From Cercozoa sp. M6MM (lineage: Eukaryota; Protista; Endomyxa: Ascetosporea): 64,000 nucleotides of DNA. The notes under the pieces were generated by a model. That model was not told where the DNA came from and did no database searches. It worked only from the letters and a program-made list of their open reading frames with translations. The translations under genes and the position numbers were made by a program. The DNA lies in NCBI GenBank assembly GCA_040357565.1, contig JBDODJ010000010.1, one strand, 5' to 3'. Positions 15,969 to 28,100 of this stretch are shown one piece after another. Each line of letters opens with the position of its first letter. Position 1 is the stretch's first letter.

Positions 15969-18900
15969 TCATTGAAGCAGCTCGTTGAGTTCACGCTGCA
16001 GGTTGGCTCGGCAGTTGTCCTCCAGCTACGGTTCCAGGTAACCCACATCACATCATTCACGATGCTCTATGCTGGTTTCAGTTGTACCGATGCAGCCAAT
16101 ACAGGCGTTCGAAAAAGCGCATTGGCGTTTAGGGCCTTCTTCTGCCACATGTGTACACAGTTGCAGGCGATACACGGGGTTTTGAAAGGAAGCTACGAAG
16201 CGCTCGAGAACCGCACACCTGCCTTGACGAAAGGCTTCAGGCGAAAAATGCGCATACTCCTCGCGAACGCCTCTGCAATATGAGGCAAAATAAAGGTATA
16301 ATGGCTAAATGGTGATTGTCATAGAAATCCCTACTTGGCGTACGCGTCATACTGCTCGGTCGAAGGAGCTCCCAAGATGGCGAGGTCGATGTCCAGAAAA
16401 AACTCGGCGTCCGTGGTTAACACTGGGATAAAACGGTCTCACAGGGAATGAGGGCGGGAACATAAAATGTGGCAGCTGAAAAGTATCACGGATGGTACGC
16501 ATGGACGGATCAGTGTGCGTAGCAGTGGAACGGATCATCGATGCCACTGAATAAAAGTGATCACGCAGTGACGTTCAGTGGCCACAGGCAGGCAAAAGAA
16601 AGTGAGATAGTACCATCCTCCGCAAAGTCAACGCTGATCTCGCAGTCTCGTGCAGTCTGCATGTGGCATGAGGTCACACGGAGCAGCAGATGGGTAGTGG
16701 GCAACAGGGATAATATGTGTCAGAACGGGCAAGACTGAAATACTTGGAGCCACAGAAGGGCACTCTGCTCTTCGTTGTCCTTACATGTACTGTCATAGAT
16801 GGCATCGTGAAACAGCGCGCAGCACAGCACGGCATGCACCTGCTCACGAGGAAAGGTGAAAAGAAGTAGAAATGCGTGTGAGAAATACCTGGTGACACAT
16901 GTGCCAGTGAGCCAACACGTGCCGTATGAGCGCAGCCACGTGCGCGGGCGAGTGGTACGCCCTGCCGCGCATGCCACTTAATGCGTCCTTAACTGCTGAC
17001 TGCCAAGCCACTTGCTTGTGCTGATATCAGGAGAAACAATAACAATAAGTGCCAAGTGGATAAAGATGGGAGCAGGCATTAAACGGTAACAAGAGCACCT
17101 CAGGAACTGCGGGGATCGAGGGAATGTCGGCAACATCGCCAGTGCACACGTCCGACGCAAAGCGCTCCCACTGGGAACACTCGCGCCACGTGGCTGCTCG
17201 CACACGTGCGCCTACATGTGTCGAATCACACAGTGACCCAGCGGCCCAGTAAAAGGGCATCAAAGATGTGCCAAACCTTCAAGGGCTTCGTGACACTGCC
17301 GGACCGAGTCTTCTACGTCCACTATAAAAGAGTAGAGGTAAAAAGGTATAGGGTATCGGCAGACGTTAGTATAGTAACCAATGGTACACAAAGCTCCAAG
17401 AACAAGATGCGACTTCTGAACTCTTTCGGCGTCGCTGTGCTGTGAGTTGATGCGTTTTTTGGCCTAACGAAAGGTAGTGAAGGAACAACATGGGCACGGC
17501 GTAACAGGGTACCTCATTACGAGACAGGTTGTTTCGTTCTTTGAGCCGCTCAATGGCGAGCTCTTCCGGGACCACACAGGTCCAAACCTCGTGGCAGGCT
17601 AGGGGCAAGAAAGATAACAGGGCAAAACGGAAACACAGGGGCGGAATCAGTGAGTATAGTGAGTATCGTATCCGCAGACTCACCTTGGTCCCAGCCCGCC
17701 TCGAGAAGCACCGCGGCCTCAATAACAACGATTTGTACAGACTCGTCTTTCTGTGAGGACGGGCAATGGAAGAAAGAGGAGCAGTGTTTAACAGGAGGAA
17801 GAACTCAATACAGCAAACTGCGCGATACGCTGTTCCGTGAGTTTTGCTATTTCCGGCCACACGATTGAGCATAGCTTCCTATTCACAGAGGAGATAGCAA
17901 CAAGGTAGCATATGGGTGCAGAGGTAACAGGAAAGGGAAAGGAAGATAACTCCATCTGCGCGGGATCGGCGAAAACAATACTGCCAAGGCGACGTCGTTC
18001 GATGTTGCCAGTGTCGTCAATGACCTACGTAGTGCAGCGACACACACAGGAAGCGAAAAGAGGTAACAGCAAAGTAACAGAGTCAACAGGGGAAGTGGCA
18101 TGGATAAATGAAACCCACCTCAGATCCAAAGCACTCTTTGATTGCGTTGAAAGCTGCTGTTCCGGGCAGGTAGACCTGGGGATGAGGTGATAGGTTAAAG
18201 GGAGGGTTACTACATATTGAGATGTACCTCATGACCTAATTTGTCCGCATCCAACTCAACTACTCCTGTTCATCGACGATGTGACAAAAAGGGGTACTAT
18301 AGCTACAAGGGAACTCCAGGGATGGGTACCAGGCAGTTGAGCCAGTCGCTTCGCCATCGAGGTTTTGCCAGATGCGATCCCACCCGTCAACTGGACACAA
18401 GGAGTAGTGAAGGTAGAGCAGCTGATGAGGTAAATGCAAAGGTACGCCAATGCGGTATAGACGCGAACCGGCGCTAAAAATCGTTTTCTTCGGCTCGCGC
18501 ATGAGACTACGCAGAAGGAACAAAATAGAGTCACAGCTACAGTGGATGCCACATGACTAGCACACGACACGAACCGTCCAAGCAGTGCGTGACGTTTCTC
18601 AGTCGAAGACGCCTTGTCGTCTACGGCGGCTACAGCGTTCGCGAATGACAGAAAGAGACGCCAAAGAGGAAACATAGTACACGATGATGATATGAGGTCT
18701 ATGAAGAAATTCGACAACGGCGGCAGCTTTCGCTCATCGCGCATTTGGCCAATCTTGTCCTATTGGACGGAAGGAAGGGTGATGTAGGAGCAATGAATAA
18801 AGGTCAAAAAAGGATAGTTAAAAAATGGAACGAAACAAAGCAAGGAACCACGCCACGTTTTGTCTCAGAGGACGCAACAAAACAGTCAAAGTGGAACCGA

Positions 18901-20052
18901 TCGTTAATCTGAAAAGTGGCAACGAGGTAGAGAGGCAGACAGGAATCAGAGTGAACTAAAACTACGGTGGGTCCATAGGGGTCCGGAATGCTTTCGACAA
19001 TAACCTGTACACAACAGGAAAACACATGGTACATAAAGGGGTAACAGTAAAGGTAGCGTACATCAAGCGACGGACGCACGATCTGCAAAAACTCTCGCAC
19101 GGCGCGCATTCGCTCTTGCGTTGTCAGCATCAGCACCGACAGGTGCTTGTCCTGCAAGGAGAACAGGGGATGACATGGGCAACATACGGAAACATGGGGC
19201 AGCAGGAACGACAACGCAGAAGAGTACATCGAGCGGGTAATCAGTGACACCACAGTACATGCTGCTGCTCGACAGCAGAGCGGCAGCCGTCAACAGCAGC
19301 TTGTGTCCTACACAAGGGGTAGCAACGGGGTGGGGATGATTGACGCGGTACCAACATGCAGCTGATCGAAGGTGCCACCGAGTACGGTGAAGTTGAATTG
19401 ATCGCGCATGTGCGTTTGCTCGTCCTGCTTTACTTCCGCAGCGTCATTCGCCGTGACTGAGACCGTCACTGCAAATGGAGACACTCTCCGATAGATACTC
19501 TTTATCCCTGAGAAACACATGTGCTACATGGATCGAGGTCGTCGGACGTCATCACATGGTAGAAGTCGTACAGAGTCTCGTTACTTTGGAACAAGGACAG
19601 GGTTAAAAAAAAACGAAGGTCAAGAGAGATGAGTACACGGGATCCACGGCAAGCACACAGTCGACGCTGTCGTTCGCACTCCGCACGGCCTCATACACCA
19701 CCCGTGCGCGCTGCAGCGCCGTCTCCACTGTCGTATTTTCCTACAAACACGCAGACATGCCTTCTTGTGTAGCTGAAGGCTGCTTGAGTTCAAGTGAAAC
19801 AATATACAAAAATGTCGCTCTCGACGATAAGTCGGTGTCGTGTTCGGACAGCAGCCTCGGCAGCGTGACGAGCGGCACTCTCAGTGTCCACTAAAAGCAG
19901 CATGCAGAAGTCTGGCGCGACATGAAAACACACGTAGGGACAAAACAAGCCGTACGGGCCGACGAGAGACGCAACAACACGCGCGAGAAGCGAGCTGCAT
20001 CACTTGGTACATGCAATGCCCGCTGAAGCAAATCCCGGGTCAAAATAGACAT
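15969..20052 (-). CDS. COASY: Coenzyme A synthase (PPAT + dephospho-CoA kinase) with fused C-terminal HD-superfamily phosphohydrolase (COG4339-like)
   Basis: PPAT: VLGGTFDQLHVG|HKLLL, CGVTD, DPYGPT, VASSETKRG, KASST. DPCK: LTGGIASGKTS, DADKLGH, RRRLGSIVFAD, IVWPEI, IEAAVLLEAGW, RINSQ. Then in frame: RAYHSPAHV, LFHDAIYD..KDNEEQSA, FLDIDLAILG, VREEYAH, FRQGRCAVL, RANLQREL*. Confidence 0.88.
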
Positions 20053-20261
20053 TTTGAAACTGTCCTCGACCAAGACGCGGAAGATGCCAACTCTAAGCCT
20101 CTTGTATGCAATCTGCCGCCTTTTAAAAAACAAAATGAGCGCCGATTTTGAGACAAAAGGATAAGAAAATCCAGGACTGTAGCTCGCCTCCGTCTTACTG
20201 TCTGTGTGTGCTCTAGCTTTTTTGAAAAGATAGGCGCGCGCTCGGCACGTGAACGCACGAA

Positions 20262-23200
20262 ATGAGCGACCTGCAGCTGAATTTCTTCTCGTCGACACCG
20301 TCCGAGGCGTCGACAGGCGCTCCGGCTCGCAGCAAGCAGCGAAGTCGCCGGCAGCGTATTCGCGCGCAGTCTCGCCGACGTGGCGGAAATGCCAGAAAGC
20401 CAAGAAACGTCAATCACAACGATCACGAATACCGGCAAGTCGGCAGGCATGCTGCTGGTCGCCTCGGCCAGCAAGGCCAGCACCAGGGCGACGGTCGCGT
20501 GTACCGTTACCGACCTACAGCGACGCTGGGTGTGTCAGCGAAGAGCAAGGAGGACAGCAGTGCCGAGACGGACAGCTCCGCACCGGCCAAAAAGAAGAAA
20601 AAGAAGAAGGTCGTGCTGTCCGAGAAGGCCAAGGTTGACACGGACAAGAAGCGCAGTGTAGCAGGTACCTGTTTTTGTTTGTTGTCTGTTGTCTGTTGTT
20701 TTTTATGATTTCGCGCAGCGCCCAAACCGCAGGCGATTGACGCAGTACGCACGAATGCGGGCGATGTTGTTGAGAGCGTAGACGCAGTCGCGGTAAATGG
20801 GAGAGGGGATACGAGAGGTGGTAGATGTGAAGGGTTTGGGGGTACGGGTGATAAATTAATTATGCTCTTTCAGGACGCTGCCGCTCTCGCTGCTCTACCA
20901 CAAATGGATCGTGCTGGTAAGATCACCCCACTACACCTCCCTGTCGTTTGCCCCCTGCACACGGTCGATGTAGGTGGTGTCAAGGAGTCGCTGCAACACA
21001 AGATGTCGCGAATTGGCGCGTCTAAGCGCGCGTTCGATGGTGCGTCTCCTTCGCTGAGCATATGTATGGTGTACACTGTTTGTGCACGTGGGTGTGCAGA
21101 CGAGAGTGACTGGCGCGGCATGCGACTGGACGAGCGCCTGGTGCGACAGCTGCGGGAGCACATGCGAATCCTGCAGCCTACACAGGTGCAGACGCGCGCC
21201 GTGCCGGCTTTCCTCGGGCGGCGTGACGTTCTTGTGCGTTCGCCTACGGGCAGTGGCAAAGTAGTCTTGCTTTGCTCTCCCGTTGTCGATACCGTTTGCG
21301 CTGTATGAGAGATGCGAGGTGTGCGCAGACCCTGGCGTACTTGGTGCCATTGGTGCATCGACTCGCTGTATCGTTCGTCTTTGGATTTTATATGGCTTTT
21401 GTTACGTTACACATGTGTATCCTGTGTTTTGGTAGCGCCAGTCGGCCTCGCTGAGCCGAGAGAATGCTGAGGCCAGCTCGGGTGGCGTAACGCGAGCTGA
21501 TGGCACCCTGGCCATCGTGCTGGCTCCTACGCGCGAGCTGTGTCTGCAAATTGGTATCCTTCCCCGTCCTCCTTGTGTTGCCCTCCTGGCCTTACTTCTG
21601 TTTCCCCTGCAGAGGCTCAATTGCAACAGTTGTTGCGGGCTTTCCATTGGCTCGTGCCGGGCGTTGTTATGGTTCGATATCACACGCCACTTTATACCCT
21701 GGAAATCTTATTCATATGGGATTGATTTGCAGGGCGGCGAAAAGAAAAAGAGTGAGAAGGCTCGGTTGCGTAAGGGTGTGACGGCACTCGTGGCCACCCC
21801 AGGTCGGTTGCTGGACCACATGCGCACCACGCAGGTACTTGACTCCCTCCCCTGATTAATACGTTACTCCTTCTTGGTTAGTCGTTTAAGTACGACCGCT
21901 GCGGCATGCTGGTGCTCGACGAGGCCGACCGCCTGCTGGACCTCGGTTTCGAAAAACAGGTGCGCGAGATAGTCGAGTCTCTGCGCGCTGCTGCTTCGCG
22001 CACTGGTGCACGTGGCCGCACACTGCAGGTATCGCTCTCCCCTTCCTTGGCTTGAGTACTCTTGTGTGACTCCCTGGAATACAGACGGCCTTGGTGTCGG
22101 CGACTCTGCCGCTGAAGCTGCGCAAACTGGCAGAATTCGCCCTCCAGGTGCTCTTTATCCCTAGCTTTTTGCTGCAGAAACTGTGCATATTACCCCATTC
22201 TCGCAGAACCCAGTGACAGTGCACAGTACGGCATTGGCCGACGAACAGATCCTAGCGCGCCAGGAGCTTCTGGAAAAGGAGCCGTTCGCTCAGTCGGAAC
22301 AAGAGCAAAACGCAGCGGAGGACGAGCAAGAGCAAGAGCAAGAAGAGGAAGAGTTGCAGAAGCCGCGCCGGCGTGGCGGCATCGATGCAGAGTATTTCTC
22401 ATCCGACGAGGAGTCCGACAGCGAAGATGAGAAAGATCAACAGGTATCTCTCCCATTTTACTTTCCGGAAGGGTAAGTGGGGGCTATCACCTGTGTATCG
22501 ATTTAGATTCCGGAACAAGACGAAGTTGGTGGTGTCGTTGTTGACTCTATTGAGCACTCGGTAAAAAGCAGCAACGGGGTTTGTGGCGTAATACATGTGC
22601 GTGATGTAGTTCCTGGAGACGCCGCCGTCGCTGCGCCTGCCACTGCTTGGTGCCTTTCTGCGACGTGAACTGCTGGATGCCAAGGTACTTGGGGTGTGTG
22701 TCTGTGTGCATGTTAAAATTGTACGCGGGGTATGGCATTGCATTAGTCGGATGGCGAAGCCTGCAAGGTGCTCGTTTTCGTGCAAACAACTGCACAGGCT
22801 GAGTTCTTGTCCGAGCTGCTGCGGCTCTCCTTTTGGTATCTGCATTTTACTCGTGAACTTTATGTGGGCATTATAGTGGTTTATGGAGATTTTAGTTGAA
22901 ATTGTTACATGGGTGTACGTGTGATGTAGGCCGGACATTCACGACTATGCGCACCTGCGAGAAGGCGCCCAGGTAGACTGGAGCAGCGAACATGCCACAC
23001 CGCTTCTCGATACTGAAATTTCAAAACTGCACGGCAACATGTATCCTGCCTTGTTTACTTTTTGGGGTGGGTATTGTGTGCTCCATTCTACTAGGCTGCA
23101 AAAGGAGCGAACTCAGGTGTGGAAGGACTTTGGGTCCAAGGCTGGGTACACGCACTTCTTGCTTTTGCGCGAGGTGTACATATCATTCCGTAATCGCAGA

Positions 23201-24369
23201 GGCATCTTGGTGTGCACGGATGTTGCTGCTCGTGGTCTTGACTTACCTGCTGTGTATGTTTAGCGATCCAGTATGTCATGGTTTTCTGGTCCAATGTATC
23301 ACAACTCTGCGCAGGGATTGGATCGTGCAAATGGACTGTCCGATGGACCTGGCGGATTTCGTGCATCGTGTTGGCCGTACTGCACGCATGGGTCGCAGGG
23401 GTATACTAGATCATACCGCTCCTCTGCGCGCGCGCGTGTGTGTGTGTGTGTGGTGTGTGGTGTGTGCGCCTCGGTGTGCCTGTGTATACCAGTGTCCGTA
23501 GGTCGCGCGATGTTGATGTTGCAACCGTCGGAGAAAGCCATAGTGCCGCTTCTGAGCAAAAAGTTTGGCATTCGTTTCGAGGAGTCGCAGCTGCGCGATG
23601 TGTTGCGTGCATTGGTATAATTCGATTAAGCAGAAGGAAGTTGCCTCGTATGTCTGTATACTTTGAGTGCGCAGGTGGATGATGCCATGAGAACACGTCT
23701 TCGCATTGCGAAACTGAAGGGCATGCATCGACCACCTGGGCATCAGTTGCAGGTATCAGCTCGCGAGCACTACTGTTCTCTGGAACAGTTGTTCTGTGTG
23801 AGCACAGGACCAACTTGAGTTCCTAGTGGCGAATGTTGGCGCCCTGCGCCACAAGGCAACGACGGCGTTCAAGGCCTACCTGCGTGCGTACACTACCTAT
23901 CCGCGCGCTCTCAAGCACATCTTTCACGTGCGCAACTTGCACGTTGGCAAAGTGTGTAAGAGTTTTGCATTGCGCGAGCCTCCGTCCATGCTGAAGATTC
24001 CAGGAATGTTTGTGCCGCACAAACACCGCTCGGCCGGGTCGGGTGACAATGAGAACAGGAGACACCTCGGCGAACCTCGTGACCGCAAGCGTGGTATCCT
24101 AGACAGCAGTGTTGATCACGGTCGAAGGAACTTTACTCACCGGAGCGATGGCAAGAAGCCGTTTGCTAGACCGAAAAAACAGTTTGGCCACAAGCGAACA
24201 CAGAGACCTCTGCGTGGTAGTCGTATCTGTGTGGTTGATGTCCTTGTACACGTGCATGCTGGGTGGGTACGGGTACGTAGGAGAAATTGAATCGGAAAAG
24301 CTGCATCGACCAGTCAAGAAACTGCGCTCCCGCTCTGCGGCAGCCATCACGCTGTCGGAGTTCATGTAG
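20262..24369 (+). CDS. DBP7: DEAD-box RNA helicase DBP7/DDX31
   Basis: PTQVQ, SPTGSGK|[18 protein letters not shown]|[91 protein letters not shown], terminal SEFM*. Confidence 0.93.
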
Positions 24370-24687
24370 ACAGTCAGTGCTGCGTAACCCTGCACGCGGC
24401 GGACATACCGGTATCGTTTCGATAGCCTATCCTCGAGCTCTATTCCGTTGCAACCCTGTGAGGTTGGAGTTTCAGTCCATTCTCGTTAGATAGTTAGCTA
24501 GTCGTAGTTCATAATCGATCATAGATACGCACGATAGCTAATGAATGCAAGGGGATAAAATGAGAAATCCACTGGAGCAGGCTCCCTCTGCCGTCGTGGC
24601 CTCTTCGTTTACTCCCAAGTGCGGGAGTTCTAAGGGTCACGGAGCGGCTTTGCTCTTTGTGCATCGTTGGCGCGTCCCATGAGCGCA

Positions 24688-24714
24688 CCCATCTCCGTCC
24701 ACTGTCGTGGTGAT
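24688..24714 (+). repeat. 27-bp dispersed repeat (second copy at 57657-57683)
   Basis: Exact match CCCATCTCCGTCCACTGTCGTGGTGAT in two intergenic regions. Confidence 0.85.
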
Positions 24715-25103
24715 AGTCGAGCTGTCGAGCGTCGAAGGTGAACGCCTTAAAGACCAAGCTTAAGTCAGGCGATCTAGTCTGCTGTCGCGCGCCACTATCT
24801 CAGATCGCCACCCCCTCTCCGTCTTAGTTGAGTTGTCGGCTAAGCATCCACCGCAAAGTTGTTTATAGAGAGCCATCAATCAACTACTCTATCTTTACTC
24901 TATCTTTTACGTCTGACGTAAATATACGTCCGGATTGGCATTGTGGGTTTTCCTAAGTTTCCTTTGGCGGACCTCTTTATTTGCCCTTGGGTGTCTGGCA
25001 TGTTTAGGTAGCTCCTGAATCTCCTGCCGCCCCCTCCCCGGATGTTTTTAAATTTTATGACAATAGGGACTTATGAGTAGACACGGCTCCTGTCAGGTAT
25101 TGG

Positions 25104-28100
25104 CTATTCCGTGGAGCACAGGATCGCCACACCGCGTTCAATCCAATGCGCGGGCGAGCGTGTTGTGGTGGGCAAGTGAATGGCCGTCACAAAGCTCAAG
25201 TCTGTTCGCTTCGGTGACGTGTAAACCGGGCATTCATATCGAGTGCTTCGTAACTTCAGCTTCGCACGTGTTGTCGCTGTGCCCACAGTACCACACAATT
25301 GCATGACGTATGTTTGGAGTAAATACGAAAATTGACGGCTGTGCAAAGTACCAGAGAGGTGGATCACAGGAAGAGCTGGGAACAGCTCACGGGGGCGAGC
25401 TTCGGTGATTGTTTTGTTCTTAGAGTCCCAACACGCACCTTCGATGAAGAGACCGCGAATGTAGACGCCTTCATCGGGCGCTTGTTTCACATTCCGAGGG
25501 TCTTCAATCTCAGTCACTTCTGCACACAAGGCGACATCGTCCAAAGCCCACCTTTCTGCTTTGTGCTTGCGCGTAATCTCCTGCAGCGTCGCCGTGCAGA
25601 AACCTTGTGGATTGTAGAAACCAGTCAGCCAGAAAGAAGTGGGGCGTCCTTCGTACAGCCAAGACGTGAGCTGGCCATATCGATCAATGACGCCTTTGAA
25701 CCATGAGTTGAGCGACGTCGCCCTCCATGCAATTTGCATGCCTGCTGCGTCGATGTACCAGAAGCGAACGACATCCCCAACCGAGATATCTTCGAACGCC
25801 TGCGCTAGCTGCGATGTCATGACGACAGTACCTTCGATCGCCATCAGAAGAGACTTTAAGGTCGACTCGACCAAGCGCATTGTTCTTTCAAGTAGCACGC
25901 ACTCTTGGAACAGGAATATGTTGAGAGGGACAGAGAAGCCATCGATTTTGCCAGCAGCCTTGCCGTACATGCTTTCGATTTCTTCACGCGGGCGAGTTCG
26001 GATTCTCTCACGCACGATCTCTTCCTTGAGCTTGTCGATGTTCGGCATGAGATTGAGCAGGCGCTCGCACGTTGCAACCACGATCTGTTCCGGTGAAGCT
26101 TCGTCACTCGTGGTAGTGTCCTTTGGCTGTAAGTCACGGATGGTTTGCAGCAAAAGTCCGCTTTTGGAAGTGCCGTAGACAAGATCCGCGTTGTTGTGTA
26201 AGCCGAATGTAGGAGGGGGAGCATGTGAGGGCAGTGCGTCAATCTTGGTCCGATAACCCTCGATGTTGTCGCACTTGGGAACAACGAACTTCATCTGAGG
26301 CACAAGAGGTGTCTTTCCCGTCACAACCTCCGAGGTTAACAAACGTTCTCCAATCGCGCGCATCAAGCGACCATCATAACCGTCCGTAACTCTGCAAAAA
26401 CAATGGTTGTAAACTACAACTCATACAAGCCGTGTTTCCGCTATTGAAGAAGAAACGCACTTTCCGCCATACTGCACACTCGCAATTTGGTATTTGAGAG
26501 TCTCCCAAGGAGTGACCGGGGACATGTACATGTGCTTTTCAATAACGTTGAGACACATCTCAAGGTCGGACGGCGAAAAGCTGTATGGAATCGCAAACCC
26601 GATAGGACCAAACTTGCGCCTTTCCAGAACCACAGCGTGCAACCACGAGATGGTGTATGCCGCGTCCTGAGTTTCCAACATTTCGTTCGTTTCACAGACA
26701 TAGATAGACTGCTGTTCAGGTACCTTCCACTCTTGACGATCAACACGGTCCAGACGCTCCTTAGTGATTATCGTGTTGTAAATAGTATGCAAGTTGGCGC
26801 GCAAACCGGTCGGTGCCTCGACAGTGATCTTGTCTGCTGCTTGAAGAAGCGAGATTGGGAACTTTTGCGACGGTTCCGAGGTAATCCAGAGACGGAAGGA
26901 ATCAGCCACGGTGATCTCATCAGACAACTTCTTGACGAACGCCTCAAGCTCCGAAATAAAATCGAGTCCAAGATGGCCGTTGCTCAGGAGTGCCCAGTTG
27001 CCCGTCGTCATTGCACGGCGGATGGCTTTACGACCTTCCACTGCTTGGCCCTCGCCCATAGACACAGCCACAAGTTCGAGACCTGCACGCTTGGCTATGG
27101 TCCGAATATCCTCGGTGGGATCCGCACCTGGTGTGAGCACCAGAATCTTGATCTTCTTGGAGTCCACGACGTCACTGATTTGGTGCGTGAGGGGCTTGAC
27201 AAAGTCCTCGCCGAGAGCAGCTTCCACAAATTGATCGACTGAGATAATGACGCGATCTGGACGAATACAGCGAACAAACAGCAAACGCAAAAAACTTTTG
27301 TTGTCAAAGTTCTCTGCCCGCGCGTCAAAGACTGGAATCTCACATTCTTCCGGTGCACTCTTTTCGTACCAGTGTCGGAACGCCTTTTCGTTCCCACTGA
27401 TCACCTGCAGGACATCTTTGTAGAAGTCAACGCTTTGTGACAGTGCGAACGCATTCGCGAAGGAGGCATCCGGTAACCAAGACGAAAAGGCATTTTTGGG
27501 AAGATCTTCAGTCGCGACCGTGGAGCCGCCCTTCAAGAAGACATTCGACTCTGCTGCGGATATTTGTTTCTCATGGAGGGAAATCGTTAACGCGAGAAGC
27601 AAACGCCATGCGACCTATGGCACAACCATCATATCTTTGCCAAGTCCAAGATGTCGAATTTTAAATTACCTTGTCTTTGGCGAACAACGATCGATCCGTG
27701 TGTACGTACATGGAGTATGTGAGATCCCGAATTATGTTGAGTGCTCGTCTAGATACAACCTGCTGTGGATCGCTTCGGCCGCAAGCTGCTTTCACATGCG
27801 CGACCGTCGACTGTAACGCCGATGCGTACATGCAGTTTACGCGAGCAAGACTCGACACGACAAAGTACAGCACACTTCCTCGTGCTGCTATGGATCGATA
27901 CTGCTCACGCTTTCTTGAAATCATTTTTTCTGTGTTTTTCGCAGACTCGATTTTCTCTTCGACTTCGACTGCCTTGGTTTTTGTTTCACTAAACATTTAC
28001 ACGAAATAATAGTTTACACTTTGGAGGATGTCGCTTGTCGGGGAGATTTTACCCCAGCACAGATATGAGAGCTGTGTCTTCCAGCAGATTTCCTTCTGAC

